From Podarcis liolepis (Eukaryota), in the NCBI GenBank assembly GCA_965112155.1, contig OZ218105.1: a DNA stretch of 64,000 nt; one strand, 5' to 3'. The translations under genes were made by a program, and so were the position numbers. The notes beneath the pieces are model-generated. The model saw only the letters and a program-made list of their open reading frames with translations. It did not search any database and had not been told where the DNA came from. This document shows positions 1 to 14,260 of the stretch, piece by piece (the first letter of the stretch is position 1; each line of letters opens with the position of its first letter).

Positions 1-3000
1 TCAGTGCATTCAGCTGATTTATTCATGTTGAGAGTTTGCTATGGAGTTGGAGTACTCTTAGAAAAGCACCTTGTAGTGGTAAAATCCTCTGCCACTAATA
101 GTGACAATTTAATAATTTTATGCACTTAATGATATACCATAAAAGCATACTGAAACATTACTTTGATTATAAGAAACTTATATTTTGGGGTATAGTTGTC
201 AAACCCCTTTTGTGGTTCACTATACTGTAGTGCTAAAAGGAAAATCTGAATATATGTTGATGGTATGCTTCTGAAAGCAAATATCTGCAGACACCATTCA
301 TTTGTTTTAGTAGAAAGATTTAATAGCTGTCCAAATGAGCTGTTGGCCATCTTTAACCAATTTCTAACTATTTAGAAAGCCTTTCAGAACAATGTAAAAT
401 AATTCAAATATGTGAACAACGTAATATTTTGTACTGATCTGACATACAAAATCTGTTTGAAATCTAACACATGATGGATGGTTGCTGCATTAAGCAAGTA
501 AAACATTTCAGTAGTAGATAATATATTAGGAAGAAAACATATATATATAATTGTAGTTCAGTTCTTGATTTGGAAATGTCATGGATTTGTGAATAGAATC
601 AGTAGACTGAATCTGTTGCTTCTTTATTGGAAATTTTAGTATTTTTCTTTGCTATTGCAAAGATTTCATTTGCTATAGCATAAGTAGCAATTAGAATATT
701 CTGTGCACTGTCTTACCCAGCACTAAGTCAGCCTTTAAAATGTTAATGTTTGTTTTTATACATAATTGTTTGATTGGTATCTTATATACTAGCTACCTAT
801 CCTTTGCATATATATTTGTCAGTATGTTTTAGGACTTGGCAAAAATAACTTTTGGAATCTCATACCTAAGAATTCAGTTTCCAAAAAGTGTTTATATCAG
901 TTGAAAGTGCCATGTTCTTTGATCAAAACAATTGTTAGAATTCATATAATCTATGGATTGTGCTTTAAATTGCTTCAAAATTGTTATCAAAGTTAATGTG
1001 AGTGCTGGGATTTTTTATATGTAAGCTGAATTCAAGTCGGAAAGATGATGCAGTCATATTAACATTAGTTAGTTTATAAAAACAGGTTTTTTTACCTATC
1101 TCAGTATGTTTAAATATATATTCTCTGAACTTGCTGTATTAAAGAATGTACATAGTAGCAGAATGTTTCATATGTATGCATATCTCTTGCCAGATCTATA
1201 TCCCATTAAATGTTAAAATGTGTGAGTATAGTAATAACTGGTATAATTTCCAAGAAGAAAATGAAGCAGGTTATTTGCAAGACAGCATAATTTCTTAATT
1301 CAGCTCTTTTTAAACTGAATGTGTTCTAAGACTAAGCTATAATATTCAAAATGGAATTCATATATATTGCATTAAATAAATGAAGTATTAAGAACTTAAC
1401 ACGAAAACAGAAAGAGAATTAAGGAAAATATACTTTTAAAGAAAAATTAGGAAATTCAGCATGGGGAGAAAGTGTCTGGCCATAAGCTGTTATAATCTTA
1501 TTTGCACTTGTTGAGCCAAAAGTGTCGCTTTGTGGAGAATATCCCTAGAAATCAGATTAGAAAGTGTTTAATGGGAATTAGTTATCAGCTTTTTTATGGA
1601 CAAATACTACTTTTATAAAAGCTAAGATCTGTATCATATGTTGACAAGGTGAACTGGATTCATTAATTTTTAACATATCTTTAATCTTGAATACTGTGAT
1701 AATGTCCCTCCCACAATAACATCAAACTCAAAATTACTATGGTTACATTGAATTTCTGCCTTTTAAGCATGGATCTCTGATTTTAATTACAAAAGCAATT
1801 ACTTATTTGTAGCTACTATGTTAATTTTGCAAAGTGCTGGTCAAGTAACTAATAAAGTACTGTGTTACAAAATGTATTTTTTCCATTTGACAAGTGCAAT
1901 AGGGATAGTCCAAGCTTATTTAAATATGTTATTGAATAGTTGTTTCTTTCTTCATTGTGTTTCCTTAATGAGAGATGGCTGCAATGTTCTGCAATTACAT
2001 TTTGAGAAGTGAAAGAAACTTGTTTTGTTATGTTAGCGTATGGGATATATATTATATGTTATAAAGTTATATGTATTGTATGATAGCATATAATGTATCC
2101 TGAATATACTATGCTACTGTTATCATAAGGCTCTTAAAGATATTTTAGTTACGTACTGGTGATCAAGATTTGTTCAGCCAAGAGAACCTCATTCATGTGT
2201 GTTTGTGTGTGTAGATAGATAGAAAATCATACAAAACATTTTTGTTCTAAAAGAGTAGGAATATTTTTATACTTAATATTAAATGTCAGTTGTTAACTTT
2301 ACAACTGGTAAATCATGTTCTAAATATTACTTGGAGTGTAAATAATTGTTTAAAATATGCTTTGGGTATTAAGTAGTTGTATATATTTTGATACTAAAAG
2401 TTTTCTTTAAAATGCTGACATTTTTTATTGAGGTTACACAGCAAATCATTTAGTATTCTTAACTAGCACAAAACTATTGTTTGCATGTTCAGAATAGATT
2501 AGTCATAGTAATAGTAACATTACTAAGTACAAACAATTTAAAAAACTTTCTGGAACTAAACTTTTCTGTCAAGTCAAACAGATATTGTTAAAGCTGATTG
2601 TGCTTGTTGGAAGAGAGTGTAGTTGATGCAGGTTTAATCACTTTCCTCTAGGGGACTTTTAAGAAACTATGAACCATGCATCTAAAGAGCAGATGCAGCA
2701 TTGCATGCTTATTGAAAATGCCAGTTCAGTTGGAACGTGTATTTTTTTCAGTGTCCACATTAGAAATATGTATAGACTGAAGTGTAAGAACTTTCCCATA
2801 AACAGATAGAAAATGCATTTCAATCCATTGGGAGAGGATACTGTTGTTGTTTGAGCAAGCAAGCAAGCAAACAAGCAACTTTAATAGGAATTAGATACAT
2901 ATAGCTTGATAGTTGCCTTTTAATGTTATCATTAATAAAAACTGTGATTTTATAGCATGCTCTGATCCTGAGACTTGGAGTGGAGAAGAAATATTTTTGA

Positions 3001-3929
3001 TTCTCAAACCTACAGAAGGCTAAATGATTTCCCACAGTTACTCAAGGAGTCTGTGGCTGGGCTGATTGCTACTAAAGTCCAGATCCATTACCAAGTAAAG
3101 ATTAGTTTGAAACAAGAAAATAAATTACTTTAATAAAAAGGTCAACTGTATCCAATATGCTTACTGATTTGTTTCAGTAACCTAATTTTGTTTAAACACC
3201 TAACCACCCTAGCTCCTGATAACCGTCATTGCTTTCTTGATTGAGACCATCTGCCAAATAGCAACGCTTGCCAGAGAACTACCAAGCAGAGGTGGCAGTG
3301 GTGAATATTGGACCCATGGAGATATAAGCGGCACTTCCATAAAACAGTGAGTTGCAGTGGTGGGGTACTGCAGCAGAGGCAACCCCAAAGGGTATGACAC
3401 CAAAGCAAGGGTTCTGCTTTAGGAAGGTGCAAGGGCACTATTCTTTCGGTTTTAGTGGCTGCATGTGCCCATTTGAAGGATTCCTGAGTTGGAATACAAA
3501 TCTTCTGAGTGTTGGGATAGGACCTAGACCTATGACCAGGTGAAAGCTTGATAATGGAATCCTGAAGGATTCAACTGGGATCTGTTTACAGTATGAGTGC
3601 TGGGTGGCTTGAGAGTATGTGTGGCGGTTGTGGAAATAGAATGGGATAGGAATAGGTTTGATGCATTGACTGCTAGGTGGTGGTAGTAAGTGATTGATGA
3701 AAAGTTGGCTTGTATAGATATTCTTGGGGATTATGGGCTGGTAGTGGTTGGATGAGATTGTGTTGAGTGTTTTTATGTTGGTACAGAAATCCTGTATGTG
3801 TTTAACTGGATATTGAGAATTAATATTGTAAGGGTGGATAGAGCAGAGTCATGATAGTTTTCTGGGATGTGCCTGGAGAGGTCAGTAGGCTTTCCTTGAT
3901 TCCATTGGTTACAGGCAGAAGACGTTATG

Positions 3930-4250
3930 ACACTGGAGAGCAGACATGCCATTTGCAGAAAAAGGGACACAGCCATGTACAGTCCCTTTCTGATCTTTCC
4001 CTTATCTCTTGTCTGCTAGTAGCTTGGTTGTTGGGCCTTCTGCTCCGACAATGAAGCTGTTTAACACCAGTTCAGTTCGCAATAACACCATACTCACGAG
4101 GGAGCCATTCTGGGATGCGTTTCTGAGACATATGTGGGCTAGATATCAAGAAAGTGTGTTCACCAATGTACTTTCTACAGCACCAGCTGAATTGGATAAA
4201 CATACATGTGCGAGTTGGAGTTGTTATAGTCCATATAATTCATTTATCTG
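3930..4250 (-). mobile_element. Possible decayed Penelope-like (GIY-YIG) retroelement fragment
   Basis: Minus strand reads VYPIQ..., then CRKYIGEH (4156-4179) across a frameshift. Confidence 0.3.
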
Positions 4251-6019
4251 GCTAATAAACCTCGCTGATCTGGAATGGGCTTTGAGAGCTTACTATTTGG
4301 CCATCAAGACAGACTGGGAGTGTTGATTGTGTACCCCTAACCCTTCTGGACTGAGTTTGCTAAGGTGGTGTTGAAGAACTCTTATTCTGAGGACTAAACA
4401 TCCATGCTGGCTTTATAACCTCCATGACTGTCTGTTTGTCATTGACAAACAGAGATGATCACACCCTCAATCTTGTGTTTGATTCAGGGCAGGTGGGAAT
4501 GAGAGTCTGGAAATGGAGAAAGGTGTCCTGATAACCCCATTGTTATGGTCAGACCATTTCTTGGTGAGCTTTGATCTTATATTACCAGTTCCCCCTTCAA
4601 CGATGGGACCCCATTAAGATCCATGGTGCAGCTAGAGGTACCTCAGCCCAATGAGACCCCAAATGCATGGTTTTTATCCACCATGAACTGTGCATTCAGT
4701 ATTGTAAAGCCAATTTTGTAGAACTCCCTTCTAGTTGAGATCGAACAGGTGCCCTATTGTTTTTCACAATTATATTGATTGGATGGTCTATAAATATTTG
4801 TTACAGTCCAGTGAATTCAGTCCCAAATTCCATTGGAATTGGTTTATTTTGGTGCACAATAACTCTGTTTTGCAATATGATCACTTACATTTTATAGGTC
4901 ATAAAAACCAACTAAATCATGGTGCAGGTGAAATGGTTTCCACAAGTGCAACAGTACTTCTCACTCTCCTCCCCCTACAACACCCTCTAATCTGCTCCAG
5001 AGGGCTGAGGGAACCCCACAGAGCAGATTTAGGAGGTATTTGGATGAAGGGGAAGGGAACTGTCATTGCACTAACATAAATTGTTTCATTTTTGCAGTGA
5101 TTTAGTTGGGTTGAAGCCATGAATTGGAATCCAGTTGGTGCCCCTCCCTTTCACTTGATGATGAAAGAGTCCCTGTTTTGCCTGATGAAAGATTGTCTAC
5201 AATAGTACACGGTCTTAGGGCAAATAATTTTGATGTGTTCATTATGATCAAAGAAATGTGTATAATTTTGACTGGTATTGTGTAATAAATGAATAAAGTG
5301 AGTTTTCCAAGGCTTGAATTCCTGCAAAGTCATGAAGCTTGTTTAAGTTAACTTAGGCAAGTTTTTCCTCTCAACCTGTGTCAAATGTTTCTGTTGAGGA
5401 TAAATGAATTTGGGGCCCAGCATCCTGAAATTAAGTGACAAATCTGAATTGGGTTGACATTCCCACTTATCAAGAAGCTCATTACAGAGCATTTTTATTG
5501 TTAGATTATTCAGCTATGCCACACTATTCCAAGTGCTTTCTAACTTGTATGCTTTTTAATCAAGGACAGTGATAACATCATGTATGCATACAAAAACCTG
5601 AAATCCTAGATGTCTTTCAGCAGGAATGGGACTTGCGTTTAAGAAAATAGTTCAACATTCACCACCAGATTCACTAAATAAACTGAAACCCACTACTTCA
5701 ACAGAAACAAATGTTTTTATCCAAGTTTCATCAAACACATGCCTCAGTAAGAATTTAAAGGAATCTGGTACTTATAGCCCTTCTAAAAGTATATATGTGT
5801 CTATGCATTTGTAGAAATACACTGTAATTTCGTACCATTCTAAGTGTTAGATAAGAGAGTGATCAAATATCCATGCAACCTTTTCCATGTGGTTACCTGC
5901 TCAGATGTTTCCATCTTCAATTACTAGAGTTTAATGCAAGAACTAATGTTAGTTGAATAGTGAGCCTATTCACAGAAAAGGTATACATGCTAATTCTGAC
6001 TAGTGTGAGATATTATTTT

Positions 6020-7190
6020 TAATGTTTTTATTTTATTAGTATACAGCCCTTCATCTGAAGAACACATGGTGGTTCATAACATAAAAATACAAAATGACAA
6101 CAATACATAATTTTTAAAACCCAATAATTCTGCCTTCCACAAACACATTTAATCACCCAAAGGACTGGTTATAGAGAAACATTTTTGCCCGGTGTCCAAA
6201 GAAATGTATTGAAGGTGCCAGATTCTCTGGGAAGAGCATTCCACAAATGGGGAGCCATCACAGAAAAGGCCTGTTCTCGTGTTGCCACTCTCCAGACCTT
6301 GCGTGTAGGAGGCTCATGAAGAAGGGCATCAGAGGATGATCTCAGGGTCCATGCCAGTTCATATGGGGAGAGGGTGGTCTTTGAAGTATTGCAGTCCTGA
6401 TCTATTTAAGGCTTTACAGTGGTACCTCTGGATGCAAATGGGATCCGTTCCGGAGCCCCGTTCACATCCAGAAGCAGACGCAACCCGCGGGCCGCGATTT
6501 GCCGCTTCTGCGCATGTGCGTGATATAATTTTGACCGTCTGCACGAGCGGCAAAACCCAGAGGTAACACGCTCTGTTACGTCCAAATCGCAGCAGCGCGC
6601 AACCTGAAAATACTTAGCCCGAAGCTACTTCAGCCCGAGGTAAGACTGTATAGGTAAAAACCAGCACTTTGAAATGGTCTGGGAAACTAACTGGCAGCCA
6701 GTGCAGTTGGAACAGGATTGTTGTAACATGCTCAAACCTTCTTACCCTGGTGAACAACCTAGCCACCAAATTCTGCCCCAGCTGAAATTTCCAATTCACC
6801 TTCAAAGGCAGCCCATTGTAATCTAACCTAGAGTTTACCAGAGCATAGACAAAAGAGGTTTGGCTATTCCTGTCCAAATAGAGGTGCACTGGGCCACTAG
6901 CTGAAACTGATGGAAGGCACTCCATGCCACTAAGACCACCTGAGCCTCAGGTGACAGCTGTATGTCCACTGCTTCCATCTGGTCTAGGGAACCACCCACT
7001 AACATTGCCTTGGTCTTATCTAGATTGAGCTTCAGTGAGTTGGCTCTCACCCAGTCCCTTATCAAGGCAGTCCAGCACATCCACAGTTGCACCTACAGAT
7101 GTAAAGGAGAAGTAAAGCTGTGTGTCATCAGCAAATTGCTGACAATGTACTCCAAACTTCTGGATAATCCCACTCAGTGGTTTTCAGTAT
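6020..7190 (-). mobile_element. L2-type LINE 3' fragment, interrupted by a MITE
   Basis: Minus-strand peptides LKLNLDKTKAMLVG, ALVNSRLDY, ARLFTRVRRFEHVTTILFQLHWLPV..FKVLVFTY, typical of the L2 ORF2 C-terminus. Confidence 0.8.
6417..6648. mobile_element. Tc1/mariner (pogo/Tigger-like) MITE
   Basis: TA target duplications; imperfect TIRs CAGTGGTACCTC / GAGGTAAGACTG; CpG-rich; splits the L2 sequence. Confidence 0.75.
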
Positions 7191-9109
7191 CTTAAGGGTG
7201 GGGATTGAATCCTGAGGAACTCCACATTGAAAGTTTCATGGGGCCGAAGAGCACTCCATAAACATCATCCAGAGTGCAAATGGTTGCACTGACTGTTCCA
7301 AGCCCCTTGTCCACATTCTCGAGCCTTACAGATGAACTCTCCTGAGTTAGAGACTTGGTTATAAAACTTACAGAATATTTCATAGCTCTGTCTCTGAATT
7401 TGCCAAGCACTGTGAATTTGCCACGTGCTACTGAGACTATATGGTTCAAATAAGATAGTTGATTGGAGTTTTGCAGAGCAGCTGAAGTCCAGCTGTTTCA
7501 CCATTTGATCACCATCCTGTCTTACACATACAAAATATACAGGAATTTAATTTGTGCTTCATAGTTTGTTGATGGACCAATTCAAGTCAGATAATGTTTG
7601 CCACTGACCTCTCAATAATGGAATAAACTAGCTCACAGAATGTTAAAATGGTTCTATTAGTTTGCAATCTGATAATATTTAAACATTTTGTGGGCTAGTA
7701 TCTGACTGGGGTTGGTACTTGATTACAAAAGTTTGTGATTAACATAACTTGCAAAATAGTTTCTGCCAACGAAGCATATGCTCAAGGCTTCTAAAACAGC
7801 TGCCAAGACAGTTGCCTATTTAGTTGCTTTGATAAGCTTGTACCATTTAAGCAAAATGCACACTTGGAACTTGCTGATATGAATAGCAAGTGCTAAAAGC
7901 ACCTCCATGCCCTGTCTTTTACAGATGTGAGTGCTGCAAGGGCATGAGGCTGCACCTTCTCCACAGTGATGCCCACGTAGTGGAACACTTTGCCAGCTAA
8001 GGTATACCTGTCCTCATCTCTGTTAGATTTCTCTTGGTGGGCTAAATTTTTATTGAGAGTGTTTACTGATGTCTGAAAACTGCTATGTATCCTTGATTTT
8101 GTATGGAATATTGCCTAGTTCTGTTAATTTTAAAATCTCTTTTTTTAAGATGGCTTTATTTTTATTTATGACTGTGTACCACTTTGCTGTTTTTTTAGAG
8201 GCTACAACAAATGTGGGCATGTTAACAAAAGCCAAGTTTTTTTCTTATTGCTTACAGTTCACCACTTACCTTGAAAAGTAACAACAATGGGATGGGGGTG
8301 GGGAGTGGTGAAATGTAGATTAACTCTTTGACTAGTGGTGTTTATAAATCTCTAGGTGGGTGATGGAAAGATAGTGTGATAGTAGTTTGGGGTATCAAAG
8401 GACCTTGCAGACCAGATACCTTGTTTGGCATGTAGGCACCATAACATCTTACAGAAGTATCTACTGTAGATACTGTAGTTAGCTCAATAAACAAATTACA
8501 GTCAACTTATTTATGGCAATACTTTGTGCATTACTTCCCATAATTGCTTCATTGAGACTGGTGGTGTCAACATCTGATGCTTGCCATGCTTTGTGCCTGG
8601 ATAGCTGCTGGTTTTCATCCTCCCTAGTGTTGTTCTCTAATATTTATTTCTTATTTAAAGCATCTTTAAAACCAGATATTCAGCCAAAAGAGCTTACAGA
8701 TCAATAAAAAAATTCAGGCTTACAGTCTTAAAAATGTAGCACAGAAGGGGGATGAGAAAGAGGGTAAAAAAGCAAACCGAAGGACGCCTTCATCTTAAGA
8801 GTTCCCCCTCCCCACAAAAAAACTTAAATTAAAACCCAACCTGGCTGGGATGGAAGCAGTTCCAGAAAAGGAGGAGCTGAAATGATCTGAGGTCTCAGGA
8901 TTGCTTATGGAATGGTAAGTGGTGTTGCTTCCCATGTGTATTTGTAAGTTTTGAGAAATAGGGGATATAAGAATAAGTCATACTTAAAATGGACCTGTTG
9001 AAATCAATGGATTTAAGTTCATCATAACTAAAGTCAGTTGTTTTCAATAGCTCTACTCCGACTGTGACTTAGTCTGATAATACCAATAGTGATTAAATAG
9101 AAGAATGTA

Positions 9110-9890
9110 AGAGACCTGAGGCATATCAGATCCAACACCCTGTTCTTGTAGTGGTCAATGAGATGCCAAGGGAAACCTGCAAGCATGACCTGAGTGCAGT
9201 AGGACTCACCACTTAAGCTCCCTTCCAACAGGTATTCAGGGCATGTTTCCTCTGCCTCTGGAGGCAGTAAATAGCCATCAGGGCTAGTAGCTGTTGATAC
9301 TCCATGAATTTGCTTAATATTTAAAAGACATCACTGCATCTTGTGTGCTGTGTGAAGAAGTGCATGCATTCTTTCATCTGTCCTGAATCTTCTAACATTC
9401 ACCTTCATTGGATGGCCTTAGATACTATGAAAGAGAGGGTCTTTCTCCCTGTCCGCTTTCTCCACATCATACATAAATCTGTATACTTCTATTATGTCCC
9501 TATTTACTCACCTTTATACCTTTTGTTAGTAGTTCTAGATCCTTGATCATTTTGGTTGCTCCTATCTGTAACCTTTCCAACTCTACAATATCTTTTTTGA
9601 GGTGAACTGTATATAGTATTCCAAGTGTAGTTGTACCATAGACTGTGATATTAGCAGTCCCTTTCCTAATTATCTCCAAGGTGGAATTCACCCTTTTTCA
9701 TAATGACTGAACACTGGTTTGGCAACTTCATTCCAAAGTCTCATTCCTGATCAGTTGCCAGCAATTCAGATGTCATTAGCATATATAAGTTAGGAATTTT
9801 GTATCACCTTACACTTAAACTGAATTGCACTTGCCATTTTAATTCCCATTCTTCCAGATTGGAGAGAACATTTTGGAGCTCCTAGCAGTT
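9110..9890 (-). mobile_element. CR1 LINE 3' fragment
   Basis: Minus-strand peptide HLKKDIVELERLQIGATKMIKDLE of CR1 ORF2; a similar copy lies at 46760-47300. Confidence 0.75.
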
Positions 9891-10461
9891 TCTTGCTTTA
9901 ATTAAACCATTAAAGGGTTCCTCTGCTGAGACACTAGCTGCATTCCACCCAATGTTTTTAAAAGTAGGAACTGTTAGTTAAGACTTCTTTGCCACTTCCC
10001 TAGCAATAGTATAACTTGTGAGGATTATCTAATTAAAATAACAAGTTGAATGAAATACCACGTTTGACAATTCTCCTGGCACTGTTATTGAGTCTTCTGA
10101 AAGAAAAGCACTGCAGTTTTCTGTATTATCTGTGGTACTCCTTTTTAGATTATTAGCACACATGTACATTTTAGGAGTTCTTAAAATCTAACTCCCACAA
10201 GCTTCTTTCAATAAACTTATACCACATTATTTTAATGTGGTATTGTGCTTGTGTGAAAAAGTGAGAGCCCGGGGTATATAGGATAGCAGCTGCCATAATT
10301 TTAGTTGATTTTCAGCCTCTGGATTAGTTCATTAGGTTACTTTGACCTGCAGATCTAGTCTGCTCACAGATCAAGGGAAAATGTGGGTGCATAAATACTG
10401 AGCTGTATGTAAGCACAATATGAGACTGTAGGAAAGTGTAGTACTTACGTAGTATGGAATT

Positions 10462-10525
10462 AAGGTAAAGGACCCCTGGATGGTTAAGTGCAGTCAAAAG
10501 CAACTATGGGGTATGGCGCTCATCA
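10462..10525 (-). mobile_element. Sauria SINE 3' fragment
   Basis: aaggtaaaggacccctg...gcgctcatc is the reverse complement of the tail of the full copy at 52720-53075. Confidence 0.6.
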
Positions 10526-13500
10526 GGTGTCATATCTATTTCCACGCTTGAGTGAATGTATAAGCACCATGGCTCTTTCCTGAAACTGAAGGCTATACCA
10601 TCCTAGCATAACTGATTCTGAACTATGGATGCAAATATTAAGTAAGCATCAGTATCTTTTTAAAATGTATTTGAACTTGCATTCTGCAGGGCATGTATAA
10701 AACACCGGGGGTAAAATAAAATCACATACCTTTCTGCTAATTGCAAATTATTTGACAGTTGTGACGACACATCCATAGAAAATATGGGCTTGATACCATA
10801 TTCACTTTTATGTGCACCAGTTTTTAAAATAGAGCTGTACAATTCCCCTGCAAATTAAACGCATTGTGGGTTTTTTGAGAGGAAGCCTATTGAATGGAAC
10901 AGCTTACCTGCCAAAACTCATCCATCAAAAGGAATTTCACACTAAACCACTATATTTGTCATTTGGTTGGCCAACTAAAAGCACAGCTGGAGATCACATT
11001 ATATTGTCCAGTTACTTTATGCTGAAGCTCTGTGGGGACAGTAAGCAGTCAGAAAGATTATTTGGGATCATGAAGATGTAATAGTATCTAATGGTATAAA
11101 ACTTTTAAGTGTGGTGCTGGTTCAGTCATTTGACTTTATATTCCATCTCATGTAAAAGGATCTTGGTTTTCTGTATAGGAATTGGTCTGAAGTATTGACC
11201 CAGGGTATGCCTGATCTGAGTTAGTAATCACAGAGACTGGTGGCAGTGACAAGTGGAGATTTCTGCTCTGTGCTAAAACAGAGACAAGAGTTTGCATTCT
11301 AAATCAGAGGAAATTATTTCACACACAGTGGTAAAGCCGGGGAAATTAAGATAGCTATGCCATGAGGGTGAGTGCTCCCTATGACATTTGACACCTTTCC
11401 CCATTATTGATTTATAACTAGCCTCTGATGCTATTGACCACCATTCTCTTTTTTCACCCACCCACCTGAGTACTATTTATTTCTGTACTTCTTTTCTGTT
11501 ATCACACTTCTGCTTTCCCTTGCGGTCATCCAGGCTTCTGTTTTCAGCAATTTGCCTTCTTTAGGGTCAGTTTTTCAATTCTTTAAGTGGGTTTCACTCT
11601 TCTGATCCAACGAACAGATACATGTAGACCAGTGGTAGCGGTGTCCTCTGAGAGTCTCATGAGGTTTGCATGTGCAGAGTAGGGCAATGTGAGCCCTGGA
11701 AGAAAGAAGCAGGGAACATGCAAATACCTGAGATGGCCCAAAGCATGGAGGAGTGTGACACTTTGCAAAGAATATGACTTTGCAAGTAGCAGATGCCCTG
11801 CTCTGAAGTCTGTATGAAGAGTTCTCCCATGGAAATTGAATGAACTGTACCACCTCTGCCCATGAACTCCACTCACATTATGACTCAACATCCTGAGAAC
11901 TTAAGTGCACTGTACCTACCTTGCCCCAATAGTGTCACCTGTGGATATGTGCTTACTTGCTACACACACTCTTCATCAGGTCCCCTTCTATAAGGTCTCC
12001 TTGCTGGACCCTGACATGCAAATAACAATGCTGCTTCCTCTATGATTCTCATAACTGGCCCCCTTCTAGCCGCACTCTTTTAGCCATACAGCAACTTGGG
12101 GGAGCATCTGGGTGCACAAATTGTTATGTTCACTGCAAAAAGGGCAGGACTCCCTCCACCCACCAGTGGGCAAGCAATGTTGCCACTACCAGTTGCAGAC
12201 CCCAAAGAACCCAGTGTCACAGTAGACCTGCCCAAATTCCTAGCCCCAAAGAAATTTGCCTGCTTCTTCAGTAACCAAACCCATCTAAAACTTAGACACT
12301 CCCCCTTTACTCCCAGAACCTTAAGAAAGGAGGAAGTCCAGAACTGGCACGACCAAATACTTATTTAGAATGAGGTATATATAGCATGCTCATTGTTGCA
12401 ATGTACTAGTTGATGTTAGAATTCTTTTAACCTATGGAATATTATCCCAGCATTACAGGCACTGACTGATACGGGTACTCAGAATTTGTTTTTCTACAGA
12501 GATTGACGTTTAAAAGTGGTTAATATTTAGCCCATAGGGACACCGATCTGCACACAGATGTCCCACATGTACCAGACCTTTTTCTACAGTTCCTAAGCAG
12601 GTTTCTCACATGTTAACTTCTATATTTCCTAACACTAGATTGTTAAGGTAATTTTTATCTGTGATCAGCTATGCTGAAACTTTGTAGCTGACAAGCTAAC
12701 TAAATAGGCTTTGAAGCACCTAACAATCATTCTTATCGATCAATCAGTTATATTTCTCAAACCAGTTTATTACTTTTGCTTATAAATCTTAATTTACAAC
12801 ATTGCATTCCTTTAAGTTCAATTACATTTTAAATACAGGCAGTGACCTGTGCAGGGGTTATGTTCTGAGGTACTGCACGCTTACGTGAAATTGTGTATAG
12901 TCAGAACACCAATTTAAAAAGCCTGCAAACTCCCTATTCTACTCCTTTTTGTGACTTTTGGGTCACTTTGAGTTTGGCGTGATGTGTGCATGCGCAGTCA
13001 CACACATATTGGACATTCCTAAAATGGTCACTGCCTGTATAGTCAGAACACATCACATTCAATGACAGGTGGCATTGCCAAAGTCTTTTCTGGATATCCA
13101 CCCCCTTGGTATTTATTCTTTTTTTTTTTTTTTTGCCAAGTATGGAAAGCTGAATGCACACAAGTTAAAAGTGTGTAAGTTGTGAACTTTAGCGTACATG
13201 TTGTTGCATTTTTGTGGTCAATTACCAGGTCTCCATTAGGTACAAAAAAGATAAAGTGGCAGTGCTATTTGCAAAAGAAAGCAGGGGGCTTTTCAGTGGA
13301 AATGTAAAAATTAAAATAGAAGATGTCTGCTGAATCTTTATTGGCAGAGCATTCTAGAACTGTGTCAGTGCAATTTCTTACTGCTGTCAGGTGAGCTTTA
13401 CCAGCTTTTGGAGATGACTAACAATGCTCTTGCAGATGAACTCAGTGATTGAGCTGAAATATAAGGTACCCTGGATCTCTCAAGTTGTTCAGGGCTTTGC

Positions 13501-13660
13501 GAATCAATGAACATGACGTAGTAGTAAATGGGTAGCTAGTGAAAATGTTTTAACAGTGGTGTCACGGTGTCGGCCATGCACCCCTATCTGTATGGGCTTC
13601 CAAATCAGGAACTTCCAAAGCCCCATATAGAATGCATTACAGTAATCCAGCCTTTAGGTT

Positions 13661-13776
13661 GTTGTTGTTTAGTTGTTTAGTCATGTCCAACTCTTCGTGA
13701 CCCCATGGACCAGAGCACTCCAGGCACTCCTGTCTTCCACTGCCTCCCGCAGTTTGGTCAAACTCATGTTCGTAGT
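13661..13776 (-). mobile_element. BovB/RTE LINE 3' end (short truncated copy)
   Basis: GTT-repeat tail; shares sequence with the copies at 49570 and 55560; TSD TTTAGGTT at 13653-13660 and 13777-13784. Confidence 0.85.
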
Positions 13777-13799
13777 TTTAGGTTACCAACACATATAAC

Positions 13800-14260
13800 A
13801 GCAGTGGCTGCCGAAACCACGTAACACCGGTCCTGAAAGATCTAAATTGGCTCCCAGTACGTTTCTGATCACAATTCAAAGTGTTGGTGCTGACTTTTAA
13901 AGCCCTGAATGGCCTCAGCCCAGTATACCTGAAGGAGCATCTCCACCCCCATCGTTCAGCCTGGACACTAAGGTCCAGCACCGAGGGCCTTCTGGGTGTT
14001 CCCTCACTGCGAAGTTATAGGGAACCAGGTAGAGGGCCTTCTTGGTAGTAGCACTCGCCCTGTGGAACGCCCTCCCACTAGATGCCAAGGAAATAAACAA
14101 CTATCTGACTTTTAGAAGACATCTGAAGGCAACCCTGTTTAGGGAAGTTTTTAATGTCTGGTGTTTTATTGTATTTTTAATATTTTGTTGGAAGCTGCCC
14201 AGAGTAGCTGGGGAAACCCAGCCAGATGGGAGGGGTATAAGTAATAAATTATTATTATTA
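13800..14260 (+). mobile_element. L2-type LINE 3' end
   Basis: Encodes HVTPVLKDLNWLPVRF..FKVLVLTFKALNG; tail ggggaaacccagccagatgggaggggtata-(ATT)n, also seen at 16268-16337 (+) and 39338-39478 (-). Confidence 0.8.

Noticed and set aside
11575-12368. Cluster of 70-100 aa ORFs
   Set aside because: No recognisable domain or convincing splice structure; probably old unclassified repeat DNA.
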